Source: a virus
Lineage: Duplodnaviria > Caudoviricetes
Reading direction: 5' to 3' (one strand)
Virus record (IMG/VR): IMGVR_UViG_3300012940_000059
Location: 1 to 36,259 of that record
DNA: 36,259 bases
The notes under the pieces are model-generated. The model was not told the origin of the DNA. It made no database searches and saw only the letters and a list, made by a program, of their open reading frames with translations. The position numbers and the translations under genes are program-made. Position 1 is the stretch's first letter. Every line of letters starts with the position of its first letter. Positions 18,781-28,424 of this stretch are shown here, piece by piece.

Positions 18781-19200
18781 ATGGCGGAACGCAAGCTACT
18801 CGTCGTAACAGAGCGCCCTGTCACCGAACTCACGCCAGAGCTGCGCGAACAGTGGCAGGCGCTCCTGGCGAAGAAGGCGCGTATCGAGCGCGCGCAAGGG
18901 GTTTACGATCGGGCGGCGGAGCGGTTCCTGATGAAGGTGGAGCGAGCGCTGGGCGAGGCGCTTTCCTGTGAAGGGCATAAAGGGTTCCACGTCGACCCCG
19001 ACGGTAACATCTGGCAGCGACTCTGCGAGTGCCCGTCGTGTCAGGCAGACCTGCTCGGCATACCAGTGGCCCTCGCGGTCGAGTTGATGCTCGAGCAAGG
19101 TTTGATTGATCCTGACGATTCCGCAGAGGTACGCAAGAAGGCCGCAGAGATCGACGCCAAGAAGAGAGACGCCGTACGTAAGCAGACGATACTCAACTGA
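18781..19200 (+). CDS. Hypothetical protein
   Basis: 139 aa, GGAGGT SD, CECPSC motif. Confidence 0.75.
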   Translation: MAERKLLVVTERPVTELTPELREQWQALLAKKARIERAQGVYDRAAERFLMKVERALGEALSCEGHKGFHVDPDGNIWQRLCECPSCQADLLGIPVALAVELMLEQGLIDPDDSAEVRKKAAEIDAKKRDAVRKQTILN

Positions 19201-19208
19201 GGTGCGAG

Positions 19209-19385
19209 ATGGACGAAGCAAGGCGCATCGATATCATGGAACGTTGGGCGATCGGCGAGATCACTCAGGCAGAGGCGCAGGACGAGCTCGAGCGTGCCGC
19301 CGAGGGCATCTGTTCCCGCGGTGATTGCACGTTCGGCAACGACGGCAAATGTATCCGCTGCCAGTCGCACCGCGACGCTCTGTAG
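19209..19385 (+). CDS. Small Cys-containing hypothetical protein (58 aa; not in ORF track)
   Basis: GAGGT SD; MDEARRIDIMERWAIGEITQAEAQDELERAAEGICSRGDCTFGNDGKCIRCQSHRDAL; ends just before the terminator. Confidence 0.7.
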   Translation: MDEARRIDIMERWAIGEITQAEAQDELERAAEGICSRGDCTFGNDGKCIRCQSHRDAL

Positions 19386-19390
19386 CAAGG

Positions 19391-19419
19391 GCGGCTCCTA
19401 CGGGAGCCGCTTCTTTTTT
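19391..19419 (+). terminator. Rho-independent terminator
   Basis: GCGGCTCC-TACG-GGAGCCGC (8-bp stem, cUACGg tetraloop) followed by TTCTTTTTT. Confidence 0.9.
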
Positions 19420-19420
19420 G

Positions 19421-19456
19421 TTTACGTCGTAAAGCGCTCCTTTGCGATGGTACAAG
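19421..19456 (+). promoter_or_regulatory. Palindromic element TTTACGTCGTAAA (copy 2) with putative -10 (TGG-TACAAG) 17 nt downstream
   Basis: Immediately after a terminator and upstream of the 19497 gene run. Confidence 0.6.
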
Positions 19457-19496
19457 ACTAGAGCCGCAACAATTCCGACTCGGAGATCATCATCAC

Positions 19497-20360
19497 ATGC
19501 GCAACAAGGTATGGCTATCCGTCGACTGGGACTTCTTCGTCCGAGAGCTCGAGGAATGGGACTGGGCCCACCGGGAGAGTGCCTTCTACCGGGGGATGGT
19601 CTGGCAGGTCCGTGAGACTAACGGCCTGATGCAGGGCGTTGACTTCCGCGAGGAGACCGACCCGAACACACACTCGAACCCGAAGCCGCTCGAGTTCTGG
19701 TCCCACCTGGAGGAGCTCGGCTACGACTTCACCGGTGCGGACGTCTTCGTCACGGACTCGCACGCCTACGGGTCGCCCGTCTTCATGAACCGCAAAGCGC
19801 GTGCGGATCGCATAGTACACTTCGACGCACACCACGATCTCGGTTACAAGGCAGAGACGATCAAGAAGAACATCGAGAATGAGACGTCCGACTGCGGTGA
19901 CTGGCAGTTCCACGTCCTCCAGCACTACCAGAAGCTGCGCTCTCTGATCGTCTACCCGGCGTGGAAGGGCAGCATGGAGTGGGATGAGACATGGGGGAGC
20001 GATCAGGTGTACAAGATCGTCAACGCCGGTGGAAGCCTGTTCAAGCGCGTCAAGCACGTGGTAGGCGTCGACAACGAAGTAGTTCGCGCCGCTGCGGGCA
20101 AGGTGGACGCCATCCACATCTGCCGCTCCGGGGCCTGGTCCCCGCCGTGGCTCGACCAGATGTTTGTCGACTTCGTCGACGTACTCGGGGAGCACACGTT
20201 CACCGCGCCCATGACGCCGTTCGAGGATGAGGAGGGGTTGAGTCCTCTCAAGCCGCGCGAGTACACGTTCGACCCCGACTCGATGAAGGAACCTTTGCGC
20301 GTACAGCAGGAGGCGCTAGAAGCGCTGATCCGAGAGAACTCTCGGAATGAGGAGGAGTGA
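19497..20360 (+). CDS. Arginase/ureohydrolase-fold (UPF0489-like) metalloprotein
   Basis: LSVDWDFF, DSHAY, VHFDAHHDLGY, DCGDW, ICRSGAWSPP. Confidence 0.6.
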   Translation: MRNKVWLSVDWDFFVRELEEWDWAHRESAFYRGMVWQVRETNGLMQGVDFREETDPNTHSNPKPLEFWSHLEELGYDFTGADVFVTDSHAYGSPVFMNRKARADRIVHFDAHHDLGYKAETIKKNIENETSDCGDWQFHVLQHYQKLRSLIVYPAWKGSMEWDETWGSDQVYKIVNAGGSLFKRVKHVVGVDNEVVRAAAGKVDAIHICRSGAWSPPWLDQMFVDFVDVLGEHTFTAPMTPFEDEEGLSPLKPREYTFDPDSMKEPLRVQQEALEALIRENSRNEEE

Positions 20361-20587
20361 CCGTGGCCCTTACGAAAGACCAGAAGCGTGCAATGGCGTG
20401 GTTCTTCGCAGGCATGTCCGACGCCTGCGGCGGCGCCGAGTTCAACCATCGCGCAGGGAGGGCGTATGTCCTTGGCTACGAGGTCGCCCGGGACATGGTA
20501 CAGGACTGGGACCTCACCCCAGCGCTCACCGTGAGCGACTACATCGAGGTGGCGCTCAACGAAGACCTGGGGATCAAGCATCCATGA
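20357..20587 (+). CDS. Hypothetical protein
   Basis: 76 aa, coupled to upstream gene. Confidence 0.7.
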   Translation: MTVALTKDQKRAMAWFFAGMSDACGGAEFNHRAGRAYVLGYEVARDMVQDWDLTPALTVSDYIEVALNEDLGIKHP

Positions 20588-20609
20588 GCGGCCCCAGTTC
20601 TTCCAGACG

Positions 20610-20876
20610 GTGATGGGGCGGATCTTCTACGAAGGCACCGCCCCGCGGGTCGCCAAGGCACTCGAGAGGATCGCAGGGGCCCTCGAGAAGCTGGCGCCGC
20701 CGGAGCCGGAGGTAGCCGACGAAGAGGAGGTGAGCGCCGTCATCCTCAACACCCTCGAGAATAACGACGCCCTCTACACGGACAACGCCGACGAACGCCA
20801 GTTCCTCACCTGCGCCGTTTACTCCGATCTGACGAAGCACTTCACGCTCACGCCTAAGACCATCAAGAAGCCGTAG
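20610..20876 (+). CDS. Hypothetical protein
   Basis: 88 aa, high-GC3 codon usage; start uncertain. Confidence 0.6.
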   Translation: MMGRIFYEGTAPRVAKALERIAGALEKLAPPEPEVADEEEVSAVILNTLENNDALYTDNADERQFLTCAVYSDLTKHFTLTPKTIKKP

Positions 20877-20885
20877 GGGATTATC

Positions 20886-21953
20886 ATGTCGCATTTTACT
20901 GTTCTTGTGATCGGTAGCAACGTCGACGCCCAGCTCGCCCCCTTCCACGAGTTCGAGAGCACGGGCCGGGATGACCAATACGTGCAGGACATCGACAAGA
21001 CCGAGGAGGCCCGAGCAGCGTACGAGGACTATCGCCGCTCGATGGTCCGTCTCGCGGACGGGCGCGAAGTCCCGACCTATGCGGACGAGTTCTACCGCGA
21101 TCCCACCGATGAGGAGCTCAAGAAGATCGGCCCCTTCGCCGGCACCGGCGGCTGTAACGGCCTCGCCTGGTCGAGCCGGGACTGGAACGACGGCAAGGGC
21201 TACCGTACCAAGGTCCACTACCTACCGGAGGGGGCGGTGGAGTTCGAGAAGCCGTTCGACACCTTCGCCGATTACCTGAGGTACGCCCACGACGAGAATT
21301 TCGTCGTCCTCTTCGGGGGAGAACCGGATCTCGAGGGTGATCACAAACTCGGTTACGCCCTCGTCGACGAGAAGGGCGAGGTGACCAAGGTCGTCGACCG
21401 CACCAACCCCAACGCGCACTGGGACTGGTACGAGATAGGCGGTCGCTGGTCCGGCCACCTGCGCCTCAAGGACGGCCGCATGGTCAACCAGGCCAAGAAG
21501 GGGGCGATTGACTTCGAGGGGATGCGCGACGCCGCCGGCCGCGAGGCGGGGGAGACCTGGGACGAGGCCACCAAGGTCATCGCCGGCCGCTCGTTCATGC
21601 TCTGGGACGAGACGCGCAAGGAGTACGGAGACGACATCGACAAGGCGCGCGACGTCTACAACGCTCAGGACGTGATCAAGGACTTCCGCAAGGCCCGCGG
21701 GACCTTCGGGCTCTTTACGGATCCGGCGGATTTCAGATGCACCCGCGAGGAGTACGTCCAGGCCGCGCGCGATCGGGCTATCTCGACGTTCGCAGTCGTC
21801 CGTGACAGCAAGTGGTACGCAAGGGGTGAGACGGGCTGGTGGGGCACGGTCCACAACAAGATGGACGAAAAGGAGTGGCTCCAGAAGTTTGCCGAGCTGA
21901 TCGACGACCTCCCGGACGACACCCTGCTCACCGTGGTCGACTGCCACATCTGA
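20886..21953 (+). CDS. Phage hypothetical protein, MSH...WDWYxxGGRW...DCHI family (paralog 1)
   Basis: MSHFTVLVI, NAHWDWYEIGGRWSG, GETGWWG, VVDCHI-stop. Confidence 0.8.
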   Translation: MSHFTVLVIGSNVDAQLAPFHEFESTGRDDQYVQDIDKTEEARAAYEDYRRSMVRLADGREVPTYADEFYRDPTDEELKKIGPFAGTGGCNGLAWSSRDWNDGKGYRTKVHYLPEGAVEFEKPFDTFADYLRYAHDENFVVLFGGEPDLEGDHKLGYALVDEKGEVTKVVDRTNPNAHWDWYEIGGRWSGHLRLKDGRMVNQAKKGAIDFEGMRDAAGREAGETWDEATKVIAGRSFMLWDETRKEYGDDIDKARDVYNAQDVIKDFRKARGTFGLFTDPADFRCTREEYVQAARDRAISTFAVVRDSKWYARGETGWWGTVHNKMDEKEWLQKFAELIDDLPDDTLLTVVDCHI

Positions 21954-21965
21954 AGGGAGCATTAG

Positions 21966-22607
21966 ATGAGCCACGGTATCTACCATTTTCTGATCAACAC
22001 GGAAGAGACCGAAGGCGAGGACATCCTGTCGGACGTCTCGGACACGTTCGAGAGCTACGCCCGGGACCACTGCGACGAGAACAACTGGTACACCCTGCTC
22101 ACGATCGTCACCAAGGACAACCGCGCACTGTACTACTCAGACGCCGAGAGGGAGGGCTTCGGCCCCGGCGAGGAGACCGACGAGCAGAAGGCGAAGCGCT
22201 GGGACCGTGCGGTGCGTTCCGCCCTCGACTGCGTGGCGATCGACATGCGTCTCTTCGACATCCAGCCGTACGACCTCGGAGGCGAACCGGACGTGGGCCT
22301 CGTGAAGCTGGACGAACTCGGCTACGACGAGCTGATTCAGCGTATCCACCGGGACGTGCCGAAGCGTCTCTCCGAGGCGTACGCCGCACTGCTCAACCCG
22401 CCCGACCTGGTGAACAAGACCGCGGTCGACCGAATGCTCGACAACTGGCAGCGGCGCATGCTCGCCAAGCATTACGAGATGTTTCGCGAGTGCCCGCGCA
22501 TCGTGCCCTTCACCGATACGATCGACACGCCCTACGACTACCGGGCCTACGACCTGACCTGCGGCTACGAGCCGAACGCCATCCTCACCGTCGACATCCA
22601 CACATGA
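21966..22607 (+). CDS. Phage hypothetical protein, divergent MSH...DIHT paralog (2)
   Basis: MSHGIYHFLI ... ENNWY ... ILTVDIHT-stop. Confidence 0.75.
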   Translation: MSHGIYHFLINTEETEGEDILSDVSDTFESYARDHCDENNWYTLLTIVTKDNRALYYSDAEREGFGPGEETDEQKAKRWDRAVRSALDCVAIDMRLFDIQPYDLGGEPDVGLVKLDELGYDELIQRIHRDVPKRLSEAYAALLNPPDLVNKTAVDRMLDNWQRRMLAKHYEMFRECPRIVPFTDTIDTPYDYRAYDLTCGYEPNAILTVDIHT

Positions 22608-22626
22608 ACTGCTGGAGATCACCATC

Positions 22627-23184
22627 GTGTCCCATTTCTTCACCGTTGCGCTAATTCCGTCTGACGTCCCGGCCGACAAGTACGAGGAGTACATCGGCAA
22701 GATCATGGAGCCCTTCAAAGAGGGCAGCAAGGGCACCTACCGCTCGCAGTACAACGATGACTCGAAGTGGGACTACTGGCTGATCGGCGGCCGGTGGTCG
22801 GGGATCTTCGAGCCCGACTACGACCCCGAGAAGGACCCGGCGAACCAGGAGCCGTGCCGCTTCTGCGCGGGCACCGGGGGGCGGGCGACGCCTCCGAACA
22901 GCGGGCCCGGTGACTACCCCTGCAACGGCTGCAACGCCACCGGTACGGCAGTGAAGTGGCCGTCGTTCTGGGTTCAGCGCGGCAACTCCGCGCCGGCCAG
23001 CCCTGACCTCCCTGCGCCCTTCGCGTTCATAACCCCGGACTCGGAGTGGATCGAGAGGGGCAAGATGGGCTGGTGGGGCATCGTCACCGACGAGTCCGAC
23101 GAGTCCGAGTGGAAGGCCCACGCCAAGGCCGTCTACGAGAAGTACCACGATCACATCGCCGTGGCGCTCGACTGCCACATCTGA
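22627..23184 (+). CDS. Phage hypothetical protein, paralog 3 with inserted DnaJ-type CxxCxGxG Zn finger
   Basis: MSHFFTVALI, SKWDYWLIGGRWSG, CRFCAGTG/CNGCNATG, GKMGWWG, ALDCHI-stop. Confidence 0.8.
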   Translation: MSHFFTVALIPSDVPADKYEEYIGKIMEPFKEGSKGTYRSQYNDDSKWDYWLIGGRWSGIFEPDYDPEKDPANQEPCRFCAGTGGRATPPNSGPGDYPCNGCNATGTAVKWPSFWVQRGNSAPASPDLPAPFAFITPDSEWIERGKMGWWGIVTDESDESEWKAHAKAVYEKYHDHIAVALDCHI

Positions 23185-23193
23185 GGTGCTCCC

Positions 23194-23466
23194 GTGACTC
23201 GTGAAGAGCTGAAGCAGAACGCGAAGCTGTACCCGTCGCTCAAGTTCGCACTCGTCTCCTTGCGTGACCGGGCGGAGTCGCTCGGGGGCCCGGAGGCGCA
23301 CGAGCTGCACCTGGCGTTCACTGACGCCGACGACTACCCGGACTTCGACATCGACCCCGAGGCAAACTACGTGTCGGGCATTCTCCAGGGTGCCGCGGAC
23401 GCGATGGGCATCTCCACGCTCACGTTGCTCGACTGGCTGGAGGAAGAGGATGCGCCCACGGCGTAA
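23194..23466 (+). CDS. Hypothetical protein
   Basis: 90 aa, GAGGT SD. Confidence 0.7.
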   Translation: MTREELKQNAKLYPSLKFALVSLRDRAESLGGPEAHELHLAFTDADDYPDFDIDPEANYVSGILQGAADAMGISTLTLLDWLEEEDAPTA

Positions 23467-23761
23467 GTGCGAGAGCGCCAACCACGCCGCGCGCATCAAG
23501 GGCATTTTGAACTACCTATCCCCGGTACCGTACGGGGAGAACATCACACGCATAAGCAAAGATCCGGAGGGCGTAAACCTTCCGTGGAAGTGCCCGCACT
23601 GCAAACGCCTACTCTGCACGTTCTGCGAGGGAGGCGCCGATACTGAAGTCTGTGATCCTTGCTGGGTGGCGACAACACCCGCTGAGAGGGAGAAGTACGC
23701 ATGGCGAAAGAAGCGCGCATCAAGGTCCTCGTCGTCGAACCGCAGAAGCAGCCTTACGTGA
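23450..23761 (+). CDS. Cys-rich hypothetical protein
   Basis: ATG at 23450 after GGAGG; CPHC, CTFC, CDPC. Confidence 0.55.
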   Translation: MRPRRKCESANHAARIKGILNYLSPVPYGENITRISKDPEGVNLPWKCPHCKRLLCTFCEGGADTEVCDPCWVATTPAEREKYAWRKKRASRSSSSNRRSSLT

Positions 23762-24273
23762 AGCAGATCGAGAACTCGCTAGAGGCGATGCAGTCCGTCG
23801 TCGGCGGCTTCATCGAGTCGCACCCGGCGGACCTCACAGGTGCCGACCCCGACGTCGACCTCATCGTGAACGAGGAGGGCAAGCTGACCGGGCTCCCGTT
23901 CAATCGTGAGCTCCGCGGCCTCGACGGCGAGGTCTACGACATCGTCGCCGGCACCTTCTTCGTCTCCCGCAAGGACGACGAGGGTGAGTCGATCTCCCTC
24001 ACCGAGGGCGACATCAAGAAGTACGCGCTGAAGTTCGAACTCCTGTGGGCCGAGGGTACCCGCGTCCGCGCCGTCTCCCAGATCACCGAGGGCGGCGAGA
24101 CGCCGGGCGACCGGGCAGCCGAATTCCCTGCGCGTGGGTACATCCACGCAGAGCCCGGTGAGGTCGGAGTCATCGAGCACGTCGAGGAGGCGACCAACGC
24201 CCCCACCGTTCGCTTCGAGCGCACCGGCACGGCGACGGTGGTGGGCCCGCAGGAAGTCGAGGTCGTGGGGTGA
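23701..24273 (+). CDS. DUF3846-like domain fused to a NifZ/SH3-like domain
   Basis: KVLVVEP..PYV..I.NSLEAMQ.VVGG.IE...IVNEEGKL.GLP.NR...DIVAGTFFV; C-terminal GTRVRAVSQI...PGEVGVI...VRF. Confidence 0.7.
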   Translation: MAKEARIKVLVVEPQKQPYVKQIENSLEAMQSVVGGFIESHPADLTGADPDVDLIVNEEGKLTGLPFNRELRGLDGEVYDIVAGTFFVSRKDDEGESISLTEGDIKKYALKFELLWAEGTRVRAVSQITEGGETPGDRAAEFPARGYIHAEPGEVGVIEHVEEATNAPTVRFERTGTATVVGPQEVEVVG

Positions 24274-24485
24274 AGCCCCTCTACAAGACCACCATCGTCA
24301 TCTGGAGCGAGGAAGATCCGTCGCACATGGAGCTCTCGCACCTCGCTCGTGACGCCGAGACCGGTAACTCCTACTGCGCGAAGTCCGAGTCCGTGCGCGT
24401 ACACGACCCTGCGAAAGATCCTGATTACGACGGTACCGAGTTCTTCGGGGCCGAAGACGACGGAGAGGACGAAGACGATGCCTAA
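24270..24485 (+). CDS. Small acidic hypothetical protein
   Basis: 71 aa, GTGA coupling. Confidence 0.7.
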   Translation: MKPLYKTTIVIWSEEDPSHMELSHLARDAETGNSYCAKSESVRVHDPAKDPDYDGTEFFGAEDDGEDEDDA

Positions 24486-24792
24486 GTACACCGTGACCAC
24501 CAGGATCTCCCTGCTGGTCTCGCAGCGTGTCGAAGCCGAGAGCTCGGAGGAGGCAGTTAGCGAGGCGAATCGGTTCGACTACGACGCCCACTTCTCGCGT
24601 CAGTACGGCAACGACGCCATCGCCAACTACGACGAAGGCTTCACGCAGACGTACGAGGTGGTCGATACGACCCACGGTTTCGAGGAGGGGGAGGGGCACG
24701 CCGACTTCTTCCGCGACGCCATGCACGACGACGTCGAGGTCGACAACGAAGACTTCCCGGACCTCGTGCGCATCACGAGAGAGGAGCTCTGA
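24478..24792 (+). CDS. Acidic hypothetical protein
   Basis: Start MPKYTVTT after GAGGA. Confidence 0.7.
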   Translation: MPKYTVTTRISLLVSQRVEAESSEEAVSEANRFDYDAHFSRQYGNDAIANYDEGFTQTYEVVDTTHGFEEGEGHADFFRDAMHDDVEVDNEDFPDLVRITREEL

Positions 24793-25094
24793 TGGCAACC
24801 AAGAAGCCTTACACAGTCGAAGTCGCCGACGTCAAGATCAAGACGCGGCTGGTCGAGTTCCCGGAGAAGTGCCCGCACTGCCAGGCCGATCTGTTCGATG
24901 AACATCACTCGACGCTTCAGTCGTACAACGTAATGACTCCCGTCCTGGTCGACGGCTCCTTCGACAAGCGCGCGAAGCAGTTCGAGGGCAACGGCGCGAT
25001 GGACTACGATACGGCGACGTACTACGCCACGCTGTACGTCTGCCTCGAGTGCGAGCGGCCGGTGGTCGCCGGTTCTATCGAGGTCGACGAATGA
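24792..25094 (+). CDS. Zn-ribbon hypothetical protein
   Basis: CPHC...CLEC, GAGGAG SD. Confidence 0.75.
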   Translation: MATKKPYTVEVADVKIKTRLVEFPEKCPHCQADLFDEHHSTLQSYNVMTPVLVDGSFDKRAKQFEGNGAMDYDTATYYATLYVCLECERPVVAGSIEVDE

Positions 25095-25303
25095 GCGCCA
25101 AGATCCAGGTCAGCCTGACCAAAGACGAGCTGGAGCTCATCGTCGAGGCGCTCGATTCGCATACGTACTGGCAGCTGTCGGAAGAGATGTACCGCCGGGA
25201 CGGGTACGTCATGGAGCCCGGCAGCGACGATCCCGAGGTTGCAGCGGAGATCAAGGCAGCCGAGGAGCTCCAGACTCGCTTGAAGCGCGAGGCCCGGCGA
25301 TGA
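25091..25303 (+). CDS. Hypothetical protein
   Basis: Start MSAKIQV, ATGA coupling. Confidence 0.7.
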   Translation: MSAKIQVSLTKDELELIVEALDSHTYWQLSEEMYRRDGYVMEPGSDDPEVAAEIKAAEELQTRLKREARR

Positions 25304-25530
25304 AGGCCAAGTGCCCGAACAGCGACGAACACAAGCGCTTCCTCACGATCGCTCACGTCTCTGAGGAGTGGATCGTCGACGAGGCCGGCGAGTTCGTCGA
25401 CCGCAACGCCTTCCTCGACGTCGACGAGGGCCCGCAGGTGGGCAACAGCTGGACCTGCTTCACCTGCGGGGCGGAGGCCGACGTCGAAGGCGGTGATGGT
25501 GGTGAAGACAGCGAAGACGACGAGGACTAG
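25300..25530 (+). CDS. Small Zn-ribbon-like acidic protein
   Basis: KCPN...H...CFTCG, ATGA coupling. Confidence 0.7.
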   Translation: MKAKCPNSDEHKRFLTIAHVSEEWIVDEAGEFVDRNAFLDVDEGPQVGNSWTCFTCGAEADVEGGDGGEDSEDDED

Positions 25531-26159
25531 GCCCTCACCACCTTGAGCGGCTTCAGCGTCTCCGAATCTGTAAAGGCCCAGCCGAGTAGCGCGCCACCGC
25601 CACCGTGCTTGGCGTTGTACCTGGAGACGATACCGGCCACGACCCCCTCGACGCTGGGGAAGTGAATCGGCATCCCGTAGTCCATGTAGGCCCAGCGGCG
25701 GTGCGGCGGCTCCTTGGGGAACTTCATCAGACACACGTTGTGCCCCCCGGGAACGCCGTTCCGCTGCAACCACGACACCGTTAGGACCAGCGGATCGTCT
25801 ACTTCAGGTAGATAGCCGATGCTCTTGGATACTCTAACCGCTTCCGCGATGTACCGTGAGAACTCGTCGCAGTCAACATCCCCGGCGGCTTCGCCCGTCT
25901 TGTGGTTGATCAAGTACTCTACACGCTGTGGGCTTGAGAACGCGTCAAAGAGGCTCCTCCAGCTGTCGCCGGTGTACTGGAGGCGTTTTAGTGCGAAGCA
26001 TAGATCTTCTAAGCTCCGGTACACGCTCACAGAGTACTGCACGTATCTCTCTCGCTCCAAGAGCCAGATAAAGAAGATCGACTTGAGTCTATAGAGGTGC
26101 AGGCGCAGAAATAAATAAAACGCAGCGCTACAGATCGAACTCCAGACTCGCATGAGCAC
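25527..26159 (-). CDS. Transglutaminase-like cysteine protease
   Basis: DVDCDEFS (Cys), GHNVCL (His), YMDYG (Asp) in triad order; hydrophobic N-terminus. Confidence 0.7.
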   Translation of the reverse strand: MLMRVWSSICSAAFYLFLRLHLYRLKSIFFIWLLERERYVQYSVSVYRSLEDLCFALKRLQYTGDSWRSLFDAFSSPQRVEYLINHKTGEAAGDVDCDEFSRYIAEAVRVSKSIGYLPEVDDPLVLTVSWLQRNGVPGGHNVCLMKFPKEPPHRRWAYMDYGMPIHFPSVEGVVAGIVSRYNAKHGGGGALLGWAFTDSETLKPLKVVRA

Positions 26160-26217
26160 GTGGGCATTCCTTTCGTCGTTTTACAACAACGCGCGGGATC
26201 TGTTAGACGAGTTACTG

Positions 26218-26640
26218 ATGCCTAAGTTCTATAGGTCTGTCCAGACTGACTCGTACACGTGCGGAGTCCACTCCGTACGCATGGTCTTGCGTCACTTCGG
26301 GTATCGTACGTCATTCAAGAAGCTCAAGGAGGACTTAGGGACTACCTACAACGACGGGACAACCGTAGCGGCGTTGAAGCGCGTACTTCGCGCGCACAAC
26401 CTCCGCGTCGGTCACAGGCCGAAGATGAAGATGCGGGAGCTCGACGAGGCGCTGGCTTCTGGGAAGCTTGCGCTCGTCCATCTCGATGGGGATCACTTCG
26501 GTGTCGTATACGGTACGAAGGGGATCTGGGTGTACCTGGCGGACCCCAGTCTCGCCCGCATGAAGGGCCGGGCGCTCACTCGCGCAAAGTTCTTGCGACG
26601 GTGGACCCGCTGGGCCCTGATCGTAAGCCCGAGGCAGTAA
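26218..26640 (+). CDS. Stand-alone C39-family cysteine peptidase
   Basis: VQTDSYTCGVHSVRMVLRHFG, DGTTVAAL, DHFGVVYG, VYLADPS, FLRRW; likely start MPKFY at 26218 (track ORF starts at 26152). Confidence 0.85.
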   Translation: MPKFYRSVQTDSYTCGVHSVRMVLRHFGYRTSFKKLKEDLGTTYNDGTTVAALKRVLRAHNLRVGHRPKMKMRELDEALASGKLALVHLDGDHFGVVYGTKGIWVYLADPSLARMKGRALTRAKFLRRWTRWALIVSPRQ

Positions 26641-26653
26641 GCTGTACCACTAC

Positions 26654-26674
26654 GCCCGCCTCGGGCTTTTTTTT
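26654..26674 (+). terminator. Rho-independent terminator
   Basis: GCCCG-CCT-CGGGC followed by T8, just after the C39 stop. Confidence 0.7.
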
Positions 26675-26679
26675 GCCCG

Positions 26680-28247
<1,568 letters not shown>

Positions 28248-28251
<4 letters not shown>

Positions 28252-28361
28252 CGGATCCCCTTGCGGCGCGAAGTTCTCATGTACGAAAGCCAGGCCAGCT
28301 GGAGGCGAAGTACCCGAAGTCGAACCGCCCGCTGCCATCGCCGGTATCGCACTGTCCCCAT
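28248..28361 (-). CDS. Possible 37-aa Arg-rich peptide coupled to the ATP-grasp gene
   Basis: GAGGGG SD; MGTVRYRRWQRAVRLRVLRLQLAWLSYMRTSRRKGIR; stop overlaps the next ATG (ATGA). Confidence 0.4.
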
Positions 28362-28424
28362 GGCCGCCCCTCGAAGAAAAAAGTCGGTGGATACAGGTAC
28401 AAGCATAGGATGAAAGGAGCGTGA

